Shown: positions 37,004 through 48,648 of the stretch, one piece after another
Layout: each line of letters opens with the position of its first letter
Position numbering within the stretch: the first letter of the stretch is position 1
Assembly (NCBI GenBank): GCA_965603825.1
Contig: CBFDEM010000004.1
Coordinates: forward strand, 868,001 to 932,000
DNA from: Blepharisma stoltei ATCC 30299
Taxonomy: Eukaryota; Protista; Ciliophora
Length of the DNA: 64,000 nucleotides
Direction: 5' to 3'
Made by a program: the position numbers and the translations under genes
The notes under the pieces: model-generated
The model's database searches: none
What the model saw: the letters and a program-made list of their open reading frames with translations, nothing else
Told to the model about the DNA's origin: nothing

Positions 37004-37507
37004 ATGAGCCGAAATCCATTACATCTAAAATCACTTCCTCGTTCCTATGACAGGAAAACTGATCGAGTTCATATCGACATTAATGCCCAAAAAATCCGGA
37101 TTCACAAAAAAGATATCCGCCATTATCATCCTGAAACTACAAGAGAATCATACGACCAAAATTTTTTGCAACTTTCAGTAATAGAGCCAGCTGAACAAAA
37201 TTCAAATGATTTATTAGACGACTCTGCAATTTTTGAGGCATATAAAATATTAACTCCAACTACAAACAAGCCAAATACTGAAAATTCAGTAAAAACTGCG
37301 CTCAGTTTAAAATTGGGCAAGTGCAAAATGATGCCATTTTTAAAGCCAACATGAGACAAGCAGGATTTAAAAAAATTGGTGAAGACGTTAGAAAAAAAAG
37401 AGACTGGAAGAGTTCTGGTATCTCCGCTTATATTTAAACAAAATTGTGAGCAGAAATCATTATGATTTCATATACAGATTAAACAGAGAAAGGTAGCCCA
37501 ACTTTAA
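37004..37507 (+). CDS. Hypothetical protein (167 aa); TGA=Trp at 37352 and 37463
   Basis: Frame stays open through two TGA to TAA 37505-37507; flanked by AT-rich non-coding DNA. Confidence 0.6.
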
Positions 37508-37801
37508 AAATTGTATAAATTAATAAATATTTTTGGTGTAATTGAGCTATTAATATTTAAATTAATTAAAACCATGGATATAAATATTCAAACAAAAATA
37601 ATTAATATTTGGTGAAATTAATCATATAGGCTTTTTAATGATTTGACAAAATTATAATTTCAGCAGTTAAACTTATTTTTCATAGAAAATCCTCCTTAAT
37701 ATATATAAAATTTATATCATCTTCAATAATTCTCCGATCCGCTATAAAATCTATCAGCATTTTTATTATCTGTAAACTCTTTATCATTACAAAATATCTT
37801 A

Positions 37802-38566
37802 ATGAGTAGCACAAAAAGGAGATCATTTGAAACTGAAGACAAGAAAAACCTTTTAAAAACTCTATCTAAAAAGCAAATTACTTTACCTCACGAAAGAGCA
37901 AGCCTATTAAATCCTCTATCAAAATCTCCTAATGATGGTTTTCGGACTTTCAACAGAAGAAACACATGCATGGCTTCCAGCTTAGAATTTGACGGGCTAT
38001 TAGAACTCCAGCATGAAAAATCATGGCCTAAGCCTACTTCAATATCAACAGACAGTGTAAAAAGTATCGTTGGGAAGAATTTTCTTGAGCTGATATCCAG
38101 GACAAATTTGAAGAGGAGAAGGAAAAATACTTGAATAGATAATACTGACTCTGAAATTAAAGAAGAAAAAGAAAGAGTCACAAAGCTAATTTTTTCATAT
38201 CAGCTTAGAGAGCCTATTAAAAAATTAGATAAAAGATTATCAGCTTCATCTGAAACTGGAATTTTTTTAAAAATTTCAGATAAAAGATTTTCGCCAAGAA
38301 AAAGCGAAAATAAGCAAAACTTGTCAATAAAATTACTAGAAGACTCAAGAGATAATTCATCTTCTGATATAACGCCAAGGAATTATATTGAAATTACTCC
38401 AAAGACACAAAGGCATAGGGCAAATAATGAAGAATGAAAAGATATGGGCAGAAGAAAAAAATTTTATGGTGCGGAAAACCTAAAAGATAAAAAATTGCCC
38501 GTGATAAATAAAAATGTAAAAAGAAAGTCTCAGGAATATAGAGTATTTGTTAAGAGTGAGATTTAA
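37802..38566 (+). CDS. Hypothetical basic protein (254 aa); TGA=Trp at 38132 and 38435
   Basis: Frame open through two TGA to TAA 38564-38566. Confidence 0.65.
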
Positions 38567-38982
38567 AATTGACAGCCAATATAAGTAATAATCCAATTTA
38601 AATATTTAAAAATGAATAAAAGTTGGTATAGTCTTAAATTAATCGCTTTATTTGTTAATATATATAATAAATTTAAGTGTAATTTTTAAATGGAATAGGC
38701 TGTCCTATTTAATTTTTGTTGTTGTTTAAATGCTAAATCCAGAGTCTGATTTTATTAAATTGGCTGGATGACATAACAAAAAAACTCAAATTTTAAGTAA
38801 CTCCTTTTAAAGATAAATCTTAAATATTAATTATATTCCCTTTTCTATTTTCATATAAATATCCATCTAAAACTAAATTTATTTTCATAATAAATATCTT
38901 CAATTCTAAATTCTTTTTAGTTTTAAAAGCAAACTACAATCTTTTAGTTATTATACTTCCATTATAAATTTTAAGAATATTC

Positions 38983-40566
38983 ATGAGCACAAAAGAGAAT
39001 AGTTTTGAAGCCAAATTACCCCCTCCTGCACCATCACTTGTTTCAATGAAAAAAAGATCTGAATCTAACCTAAGAACCTCCATTGTTCTTTCAAAATCTT
39101 CAATGGCAGAATCATTGAGTAATATTCGAATGCAGACTTATACCAAGCTTTACAGTAATAAAATTTTCCCTAAAACCACAATATCCCAAGGGCAATCCAC
39201 TATCAGATTAAACGAAAATTCAGAAATTCTACGTGAAGGAACCCGAGAAACAAAAGTTAACCTTACAAGTATTTCTTCAAAGCAAATTAAACGTAAAATA
39301 ACAAATCGTGCTGAATCTCTATCACAGATAACCCCAATTCAAAGGGTTGATAATAATGAAAAAAAGATAAAGGACGGAATGTATGAAATCCAGACTGCAC
39401 TGAGCGATAAATTAGAGCTTATGAGGGATCTTGCAACTTACGAAAATAATTTTTCAAAGTCAAAAGATTTATCAATATTATTAGGCAGACTAAGAGTATT
39501 ATCAGCATCAATTCCTGATACTTATGATGAAAATAATGGGATTCAAACTGAAGAAAAAGTAGTCTACAAAAAATTAACTGAAGGCTTAAACTCACTTTTA
39601 AATTTAGAAACTCAGCATAGCCCTAAGCTAGGCCACAGTCAAGTTGAATATGAATCATTTGACTTAAAAAGCATTTACCAGATACAAAAATTCGAATCAG
39701 TCTTCCAAGGGATTTTCAATATATCTTGTATATCAAGTATAATAAATTTTCGTAGTGATAAATGATTGGAGTATATAGAAATTACTGTCCAGACACCATA
39801 TGGGGATTTTTTTAATATGAATATAAGACTAGCTATATCAAATTCGTATCAAAATAAAAAACAAGTCTCTGCTTATGCGAAAAAAAGCATCCTTCCTCAT
39901 CTTTACTATATTTACTATAAAAATGAACTAAAAATGAATTATGATTATAGACACAGTCATACTTTTTATAGCTTAATTTGTAGAATTAGAGGATGAGGGG
40001 TTTGCTCGGTCGAGCTTACTGAAAATAATGAACAGCAGGTTCACATTCAGGTAAGCTCAATAGATGATGCTTTAGAAGTGCCAATTTATATTATTACTTC
40101 AAAAAGCAGCCTGTTTCTTGAGACATCTGACTGACTTAAAAGAGTAATTGAAAAATACTTATGTTATATCCCTGAAATGAATGGACTTTATTGGCATGAG
40201 GTTGGTGACCAAGGTTTTATATTCTTCCAAAAAGAAATGAGCTCTATATTAATGAATGATGAATATCTTAAAGAAGAACTTGATATTTTGTTATTTAGCG
40301 AATTATATACGTTTGAAGCCAAAATTAATAATGCTGTATTTGTAATAGAGATACTTGGATCTACTCAGCACGTGAAAATTAATGTAAAATATGAAAATGA
40401 GACAGTTGATATCAGTTCTGAGTCAAAAAGATTTAAATTATTGACTGACTTGCAGTCGCTAAATATAAGGAAAGGTATTGAGACTCTGAGGAGCTCACTT
40501 GAGCTAGAGTTATTTCTTCGAAAAGTTTTCCCAAAAGCATTTTTATGTAAAAATAAAGAAAATTAA
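38983..40566 (+). CDS. Hypothetical protein (527 aa); TGA=Trp at 39763, 39994, 40132
   Basis: Three track ORFs are in the same frame and separated only by TGA. Confidence 0.75.
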
Positions 40567-41170
40567 CTTTTTACTAGTAGGGGTATATGATAGCAATGAC
40601 AAATTATTATTTTTGCTGCTTCAAAGAATAAGAAGATCGATTTTAAATTTTTTGATTAAAATATTTCAGTTTAAATTTTGAATTTATATTAATAAAATTT
40701 GTTTCCTTATTGCTAATTTTTATTAAAGATATCTTTAATTTTACTGATGAATTTCAAAATAAATCAAATTTTCTTGAATTAATAAATTCTTTGCTTTAAT
40801 GATTTAGCTTTTGTTAGTTTTCTTTCTATTACATTGCATATATCGCATTTTTTACAGCTTCTTAGTGGTCTTTACAAATTATTATATATTTTTCTTAAAC
40901 GCGTTTAGCGTTTTGATAATTTCATTTGTCTTATTATTAATATTATCTAGAATTTCCATTTTAAATGATAAAGTTTATTTTGCATAAAAAGTCTTTTTAA
41001 GACTTTTATAAAAAATATTCAAAATTAAAAGACGGTTTCAACCAATTTCCTTAAAAAATTCAAAATTTTTTTATTTCCCCAAAAATTCTCTTAAAAATGA
41101 TCTTTTAAATATTCTGATTTCCGGCACATGCAAATACTGAAATTTTCTTATGTCGCCATAAACAAAAAAT

Positions 41171-41890
41171 ATGAACGATTTGTTAAGAGGAATTACTCCA
41201 AATAACAATCTTTATGATATTCAAAGCGTTATCGGACACATTTTATTGGTTGCGGACATGTGCTTTTTTGTGACTGCGATTATAGACGCTCAGATGAATT
41301 ATGAAGCTGTATTTCATTCTTCGTGCTCTCTTGACGTCGCCAATATGTCTATTGAAGCTGCAACCACTCTTGGATATATTATTAGACTAATATTTACAGC
41401 AATACTCTTATTAACTAAAGTGGTTAATCTCTACAAGTTTATAGCCAGAACAAATGTCTTTCCGAAAATTGGAGCTCTTTATGCACCTTTTATGTCAACT
41501 GTGCTGCTGACTGTAATTATCTATGATTTTGATAGTTGCAATGAAGTGAGCAGTATTTTCAGCTTAAAGTCTTCAACAGATTTATGCAGTGCATACAGCG
41601 CGATTATTTTAGCTGTGCTTGCTGGACTTTTTACCATTAAAATTGTGACTCTTGTTCAAAAGAGAGCTCAGCGTTACAAAATATTCACAATTTTAACTTT
41701 TATACTAACGTTTGGCATAATTGTTGGGTCTTTAATTGGTCTGATATCAGAAATTGAAATATTAAGAAAAGACAAAGTTTATACCTTTGTGCTTTTTGAC
41801 TTATATAGCTTTTGCATAGCTATATTCTTTATCCTAATTTCAGTTGAAAAAAGGTTTGAAAGCTACCTAAGGCGTATTCAGCCTAGCTAA
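41171..41890 (+). CDS. Hypothetical multi-pass membrane protein (about 6 TM)
   Basis: 239-aa ATG..TAA ORF with repeated hydrophobic segments. Confidence 0.7.
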   Translation: MNDLLRGITPNNNLYDIQSVIGHILLVADMCFFVTAIIDAQMNYEAVFHSSCSLDVANMSIEAATTLGYIIRLIFTAILLLTKVVNLYKFIARTNVFPKIGALYAPFMSTVLLTVIIYDFDSCNEVSSIFSLKSSTDLCSAYSAIILAVLAGLFTIKIVTLVQKRAQRYKIFTILTFILTFGIIVGSLIGLISEIEILRKDKVYTFVLFDLYSFCIAIFFILISVEKRFESYLRRIQPS

Positions 41891-42346
41891 TTGTTATCAT
41901 TTGAGATTTTATTAACTAAATAATTAATCATTTTTGGATTAAAATTTTCTCCAATTTCTTAGACTTTAACTATGTGACACTGATTATTTATCATCCATCC
42001 CCTGAAATTTAAAACAGGCTTATAGTGACTATTTCTGCTTCTCAGATTGGACTCTATTTGTAAGAGCTAGCATATAAAAAACTAAATCTCTAAAGTTTAT
42101 TTTCAAAACACCAATTTTTATGATTTACGACAAAAAATTATTTGAATCCATTAAATTTATTAATAATTATTATTATAAGTTTTACTGCGTATAAAGATCT
42201 TTAATTTAAATTAATGCTTGACTATTCCCTCTAATATCTACTTTCAGAATATAATTATCAAGAAGATCCACCTTATTAATCACTATTATAAATTCAGAAA
42301 AAATCTTTAAAGCACTTATTTCTGATGAAGCATTAAGCGGCAATAA

Positions 42347-43741
42347 ATGGAAAATCAAAAGGAAGATTTATTTGAAATGCAAATAAATTCCCCAGACATA
42401 GTGATTTCATCTTTGAAAGAACTACTGTTTTCAGATCTTTATAGTGATTTTACTGTAATTATTGAAAAAACTGGAGAAAGAATTCCAGCACATAGCCAAA
42501 TTTTGGCAGCAGCAAGCCCTTACTTCGCAAGGCTGCTTTACGGCCCATTTGTAGAAGGCTCTTCTAAACAAATGAGAGTAAACGATACAAGCTCAGATAT
42601 TTTTAAATCACTATTACAATTTCTCTATACAGGAAGCATAAATCTGAATATTTCTACTATAGTTCCTTTAATTAAAGCTGCAGACGCATTTTGCATTGCT
42701 ACAGCAAAATCAGAGTTTTGCAATGCAGCTAAAACCATAATAGAAAGTTTAGACACTTCGCCGTCAACTCTTGAACAAATTTCGATAATCCTTACAGACT
42801 CTTATGATTTGAAAATTCTAGAAATCCAAGAAATGTGTTTAGAATATATTGATCTGTATACAGAAGAGTATTTAGAAAGCGAAGCATTTTTGCATTTACC
42901 GATAGAAATTGTTGAGTTGATTTTAGAAAGAGACACTTTATGCGACGGTGTATTTGAGGTAAGTTTGTATTTGGCTTGCTTAAGATATGTAAGAGGAGAT
43001 GGTAGCATTAATCAAGAAATTCATGAAAACTTTGATGTCGGTATGTTTACAGCTGAAAATATTGAAATCCTTAGTAGGCTGTTTGCACATATAAGATTTC
43101 CACTAATTCCAGCAAGCTATATTATAAGAGAAATTGAGCCTACTCACCTTATTTCTAAAGATGATCTTTATCATGCTGTTGCTTTTCAAGCTGCACCTCA
43201 TATGTACCAAATGAGTGATAATAAAATATTTAAAGAAAGATCAGGCAGTAAAAGACCATGGACATGAAACTCAAACAAAATAGGATCTCTCATTGTCTTA
43301 TCAAGCGACAAAAAAACAGCTGTTGGGCACCATTATGACTGGGAAAAAGTTCTAGGTGACGTAAATTGGTATGCTGGAGTCCACACATATTCTGTCATTT
43401 TAGAGATGAATGCCTCAGCATCCAGCAACTCCTGGCAAATCATTGTAGGAGTCGCTCACCCTGACACTTCATTATCTGGGCATCTAGGGTCAGGAAGTAA
43501 AGAATGGGGACTAGCTTGTTATAATGGCCTAAAAATTTCTAGTGGAGACACAAGAGAAGAATTTACAACACCAAGTAAGCGAGGAGATGTCATTACTGTA
43601 AAAGTAGACATAATGCATCAGACGCTAGAGTTCTTTAGGAACGGGATATCCCTTGGAATTGCATATAATAAAGTGACAGGACCATTATGTCCAGCAGTTT
43701 CTCTATTAAAAAGCCAACGTGTAGTATTGAAATTCGATTAA
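42347..43741 (+). CDS. BTB/POZ-BACK-SPRY protein; TGA=Trp at 43265
   Basis: YSDFTV..IPAHSQILAAASPYFARL..LQFLYTG (BTB); LFAHIRFPLI (BACK); GDVITVKVD..LEFFRNG..LCPAVSL (SPRY). Confidence 0.9.
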
Positions 43742-43818
43742 TAAATATTTCTTGCCAAAATAACTAATTTTCATTATAATTTTCCATAAGAAAATAACTA
43801 GAGATGAATATTATATAA

Positions 43819-44523
43819 ATGGAAAACTCTCAAGCAATTTTTACTATCAAAAAGTGCCTCATACCTCCTATCGAAATTGACCCAAGACTCCTAAAATCAG
43901 CCCTAATTGAAGAAATAGATACTTCAGGCCTGAACTTAAAATTAAATAAATATCTCAATAGAAAGCATGAAATCCAAAACATGAAAAGGCTTCAAAGCCA
44001 AAAAAGCCAACTCAGAGACGAGAAGCTTAGAAAAAACAAAGAAGAAATGGCTAGAATCAGACAGGAAAACCAAAAGCGGCAAGACGAAAAAGCCCAGCAA
44101 GACCAAAGAGAATATCAACGCTTGTGTAAGGCTCAAGAATTGATGTCGGCATGCCCTAATATTTATGACGTAAATGCTGCGTTTTTTTACTTAGAAGCAG
44201 GGAATTGGGATGTGGCGAAGGCTATTCAATGCTATTCAGAAAGCTCTGGAGATATGGCTCCAGCTGATATTGCTAGAAATAGGGCAAGAATTAATATCCG
44301 ATTTATCATGCCAAATGGTGCAGAATTTACTGAAGTATTTGACGCAAGCCAACCAATGTGGAGCATGCTCAGCAAAATCTATGAAAAATTAACTGAAAGG
44401 CGGAACTTTGTCGTAAAAACCAGCAGGGCTTCACCTCCAATAAAGATGGAAGACATGACCCGAGTTACATTTACTCAGTTTGGCTGTGAACCTAACACTA
44501 CCTTCATAGTAGAATATGAATAA
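43819..44523 (+). CDS. Coiled-coil, UBA-like and UBX/ubiquitin-like domain protein
   Basis: AAFFYLEAGNWDVAKAIQCY (UBA-like); INIRFIMPNG..TEVF..TFTQFGCEPNTTFIVE (UBX-like). Confidence 0.72.
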   Translation: MENSQAIFTIKKCLIPPIEIDPRLLKSALIEEIDTSGLNLKLNKYLNRKHEIQNMKRLQSQKSQLRDEKLRKNKEEMARIRQENQKRQDEKAQQDQREYQRLCKAQELMSACPNIYDVNAAFFYLEAGNWDVAKAIQCYSESSGDMAPADIARNRARINIRFIMPNGAEFTEVFDASQPMWSMLSKIYEKLTERRNFVVKTSRASPPIKMEDMTRVTFTQFGCEPNTTFIVEYE

Positions 44524-44555
44524 AACGCCTATTAGTCTAATTCCCAAAAAAATTA

Positions 44556-45314
44556 TTAATTGTCTCTAGTCGCTAAATATCTTCTATCAATTCCTAAAAA
44601 TTGGACTATTTCCTTTGTTTTATAGCTCCTTACCTTTGGTGCATACCCTTCTTTATCCACAGGTGGGAACCTTTTTACCTCTTTTCCATCCTCATATACA
44701 ATCAAGCTTGGCAGCTGTCTAGAAAACCCTGAGTTGTCTACAGCGCTTTTTTTGGCTAGATGTTCATTATTTTCTACATCAATTCTTGCAAAACATAAAG
44801 AATTTGTGGTATATTTTATAGACATATCAGACCATAAGGTCATTGTAGTTAGACAATCGTCGTTCCAAGGGGCATAAAAAAGCACGATTCAGGTTTTTTT
44901 GCTTTTTAAGACGTCTTCTTCGAAGTCTCGCATTGAGTCGATTTCTTTGAACTTGTGAGGACCGTCGTACATAGGCATTTTAAATAGCATTCAGACAAGG
45001 AGACAGGCAAATATGTACCAAAACATAAGCCATATGCTGATAAAAAAGCAGAGGATGATAATAGAGATTTTGTAGTAGAAGAAGAACTCGGTGAAAAAGG
45101 CTTCCCAGGTTAGGCTTTTGATGTATTTTAAGAATGCAATGACGGTACAAGTTGCCAGTACTTGGATTTCTCGAGAATATGCAAGAGAGCTTGGCAAAGT
45201 GTCGTCTGCCATAAAGAGTCTTGAGGGTTCTGCACCTGAAAGCAGCCGGAAAAGCGGGTATAAAAGTAAAACTGCATAATTAGCAAGGTAATAGCTATTG
45301 AAAAATCTTGACAT
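44556..45314 (-). CDS. TMX2: Thioredoxin-related transmembrane protein 2-like; TGA=Trp at 44991 and 44889
   Basis: MSRFFNSYYLANY, REIQVL, PMYDGP, T(W)IVLFYAPWNDDC, SRQLPSLIVYEDGKEVKRFP. Single-Cys active site (NDDC; TMX2 has SxxC). Confidence 0.85.
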
Positions 45315-45543
45315 TTTATATTTATAATTAAGAGAGATGCAATAATGATAGAAGTTAACAATCATAAATACCTTAAAAGGCGAATTTCTATAATAATCAG
45401 CTGATTATTTCTCACTAAGAAATAAATTAAAAATAATTATTAAGTAAAATAAAAGGCTAATTAAAATAAAATGTTTACGCTTATTTGCCTCTTAAAATAA
45501 ACTTCTTTTATCTAAAATAATCATAAAGCCATTTCCTTTATAA

Positions 45544-46281
45544 ATGGAAGAAAAGTGGGTAAACAAGCAAAGGACACTTATCGTCTGCTCCAGAGGAGTT
45601 TCACACCAAGAGCGTCACCTGATCACTGATCTGATCCGCCTTCTTCCACACAGTAAAAAAGAAACCAAGCTAGATCGAAAAACACAAGTCTCGACCTTAG
45701 CAGAGCTTGCCGAAATGCATTCGTGCAATAATTGCATTTATCTAGAGAGCAGAAAACACATTTCCTTCCTTTGGATTGCGAATTTCCCTTCTGGACCTTC
45801 TGCCAAGTTCTTGCTCCAAAGTGTCCACACAAGTAGTGAGCTTAAATTGTCAGGAAATTGCTTAAAAGGATCAAGACCACTTTTATCATTCGACAACAGC
45901 TGGAGCGAAAAACCCCAACTTCAGCTGCTTCAACATATGTTGACACAAACTTTTAGCACACCTTTAAAACACCCTAAATCAATGCCATTTGTGGATCACG
46001 TTTTAAGCTTTAACCAAGCACAAAATAAAATATTTTTCAGAAATTTCGAAATGATACAAAGTAATAGTGAAATCGCGCTGGTAGAAATCGGCCCAAGGTT
46101 TACTTTGACTCCTATAAAGATTTTTGAAGGAGCACTTACAGGAGAGACGCTATATAAGAATGAAGCTTATGTTAATCCTAGAGAGCAAGAGATGAAGTAC
46201 AAGATGGAGGTGAAAGTAAAAAGAAGAAATAAAAAAAATAAGCAAAAGTTTGAAGTTGGTCCTGAGGAGTCTGATGAATAA
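45544..46281 (+). CDS. BRX1: Ribosome biogenesis protein BRX1 (Brix domain)
   Basis: KWVNKQRTLIVCSRG, LLPHSKKETK, ELKLSGNCLKGSRPLLSFD, LVEIGPRFTL. Confidence 0.95.
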   Translation: MEEKWVNKQRTLIVCSRGVSHQERHLITDLIRLLPHSKKETKLDRKTQVSTLAELAEMHSCNNCIYLESRKHISFLWIANFPSGPSAKFLLQSVHTSSELKLSGNCLKGSRPLLSFDNSWSEKPQLQLLQHMLTQTFSTPLKHPKSMPFVDHVLSFNQAQNKIFFRNFEMIQSNSEIALVEIGPRFTLTPIKIFEGALTGETLYKNEAYVNPREQEMKYKMEVKVKRRNKKNKQKFEVGPEESDE

Positions 46282-46590
46282 TCCTGATAACTAATCTGAT
46301 TTTGAGGGCGATAATTAAGAAATTTTTTATTTATTTATAGAGTCTAGGGCAAACAAAATATTATGTTTGTGGGAAGTCAAGCTAGATTCTATATAATGCA
46401 GTAAATAGTAATTTAAGGCAAGATTTAAAGATTCTCTTTTATGATAAAAATGCATTTAACAAAGATTTATAAAAATTCAACATTCCCGGCCATACCCTAT
46501 TAATAGGGTGAGCTTCAAACTGCCGAATTGCTAAAAAAATAAGTAAAAGAACAAATATTTTGTGATATGTTATTTTATAACTTAACAGCG

Positions 46591-46596
46591 AAAAAA
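46591..46596 (-). terminator. RNA polymerase III oligo-T terminator (equivalents at 47386-47390 and 48569-48574)
   Basis: T5-T6 run one base after the discriminator of each tRNA copy. Confidence 0.85.
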
Positions 46597-46597
46597 G

Positions 46598-46670
46598 TGA
46601 ACCCAGAGCGACTTGAACGCCCAACCTGCGGATTTGGAGTCCGTTGCACTACCAGTTGTGCTATGGGTCC
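46598..46670 (-). tRNA. trnW: tRNA-Trp(CCA), copy 1, 4-bp anticodon stem
   Basis: 73 nt GGACCCA TA GCAC AACTGGTA GTGC A ACGGA CTCCAAA TCCGC AGGTT GGGCG TTCAAGT CGCTC TGGGTTC A; full cloverleaf; followed by T6. Confidence 0.96.
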
Positions 46671-47391
46671 TGCTTAAACAATAACCTCAATACCACTATT
46701 TATATTACTGATTCCTAAATATTGTGCGCTTTATCAGCCCATAAGTCTTCAATTAATCTCTTCTGTACTCCTATTTAAATTTTTTTGCTTTTACTTGAAT
46801 TTCTAGATAACTCTAAATCAACGGTTTTTAAAAAACTTTCTAATTTGTCTTGTGTTGCAAATTTATTGCTTTCTGTCTGTTTTTTGCAACTATAAAATAG
46901 TGCCTTCATCTTTGAAGTAGTTGCTTAGTTTGGGAAGGCTAAAAGATTAATAGCCTTAAAGATGGATATCAAATTTATATACTGGAATTAAATAAGCCTA
47001 AATTTCAAGAATCAAGATTAGGCTATTCTCAAAAAATTAATTGTTTTTTAATTTCACTAGCTATAATTATAGTTTAGTTTAAAATTAAATTTTAGAAGAC
47101 TAATAAGTTTTAATCATAGCATAGCAGTCGCTGCATGAAAAATGGCTTAATGTCGCTTTTCTCTATGCAAAATTTATATGTTTTTCTTACCTTTTTAAAT
47201 TTGGAATTTTTCTAGAAACCTTAATAAGCAATAAAATTATTTTTTTGAAAGATTTATTGCAGGATTCTTGCAATTTTTATAAAAATTAAGATGAAAAGAC
47301 GTAATTTTGATTGGAAAAATAGTTCCGGTAACATTTAACTGGAAATTTGGTCAAATTCATCAGCCATATTCTTTTTGAAATTCATAAAAAG

Positions 47392-47464
47392 TGAACCCAG
47401 AGCGACTTGAACGCCCAACCTGCGGATTTGGAGTCCGTTGCACTACCAGTTGTGCTATGGGTCC
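47392..47464 (-). tRNA. trnW: tRNA-Trp(CCA), copy 2, identical
   Basis: Identical to copy 1; followed by T5. Confidence 0.96.
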
Positions 47465-47491
47465 TGCTTAGTTTATATTATCTTATTTCTC

Positions 47492-47509
47492 TTAAATATA
47501 CTTTTTACA
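47492..47509 (-). promoter_or_regulatory. Conserved upstream TATA-like element of tRNA copy 2 (TGTAAAAAGTATATTTAA, -45 to -28)
   Basis: Same 18-mer at the same offset upstream of copy 3 (48676-48693); copy 1 has TAATATAAAT ending at -28. Confidence 0.6.
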
Positions 47510-48575
47510 TCACATTTTCTTTAAAAAATTAATTTTTATTAAAAAGTAACTTATATGAGTTATTAGCTTTTAGCAGCTATGCATTAAGAAACCTCGGACA
47601 CGCAACTTCCAGCTGCAAAAATCTGAAAGGGTAAATATCCCTTTAAAAACTTTATAAGTGATATTTATGAAAGGTCATCGATTCAGTATATTCTTGATAA
47701 ATGCTTTTCATTCCTCTTTTGACAAGACACATTTGCGCTCTCAGAATAATATATGGATTAATTATAATTCCAATATTTAAGTAGTTTTTGATTATTTTTT
47801 TGTGTAAAATTTCAGAATTGTAAAAATGACGGTTTTCGATTTTTAATTTAATAACCCGATTTCTGCTATAATTTATAACTCTAAATTTAATTATAATTTA
47901 ATCTCAAGCTTATAATTGGATAAGTTTTTAGTTTTTTATCTATAATTTGTGTAATTTAAATTTTGGTTTTAAAGATATACTAAATTCTATGAAATATACG
48001 ACTATCTATGAAAATAGTTTAGTATTGCTTTCCTCTATGCAAAGGTTTCTATTTTCTTATCTTATTTAAACTTGAATTTTTCTGAGAAAAATCCTTATAA
48101 TAATAATAATAATAAATTATGCTTTATCGCACCCGAGGTGCCTTTACTTTTATTTCTCATAATTAAAATCAATAAGTCTTTTGCAACATCATCAACGTAG
48201 CGACAACAACATCAACGATTCCAGGAAAAAACACCAGCATTACTGCAGCATTAGATCCAGCTACAACTCTAGCATCAACTCAATTGGCAATTTAGGTATC
48301 TTCAAGGCTCACTAAAACTTTATTTTCTTCAGTTTGCTTCAATTTTTATCATTTTTTAACATTTTGGATCATCATGTGCTGTCTCCATGCCATCGCCCAT
48401 TGCATCATCTTCCATCTTCGCTTCAACTCCTGCACTCCATGGATTCAGCACCGAAAAGACTACCGCTGACGCAAAATCTCCTCTCATACTGCAACTCCTT
48501 TCAGAATTGACAGGATAAGCACTTCCAAGAATAGTATAATTTTTAATAGTTAATATTCTTTTAAATTTAAAAAAG

Positions 48576-48648
48576 TGAACCCAGAGCGACTTGAACGCCC
48601 AACCTGCGGATTTGGAGTCCGTTGCACTACCAGTTGTGCTATGGGTCC
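48576..48648 (-). tRNA. trnW: tRNA-Trp(CCA), copy 3, identical
   Basis: Identical to copy 1; followed by T6. Confidence 0.96.

Noticed and set aside
46598-46670. Hirsh-type suppressor change (G24A or A9C), or tRNA-Sec identity
   Set aside because: Position 24 is G paired with C11 and position 9 is A; anticodon is CCA with a short variable loop.
48098-48115. (TAA)6 microsatellite; also small hairpin AAAGGG-N7-CCCTTT near 47626-47644
   Set aside because: Short and expected in AT-rich spacer DNA; no supporting context.
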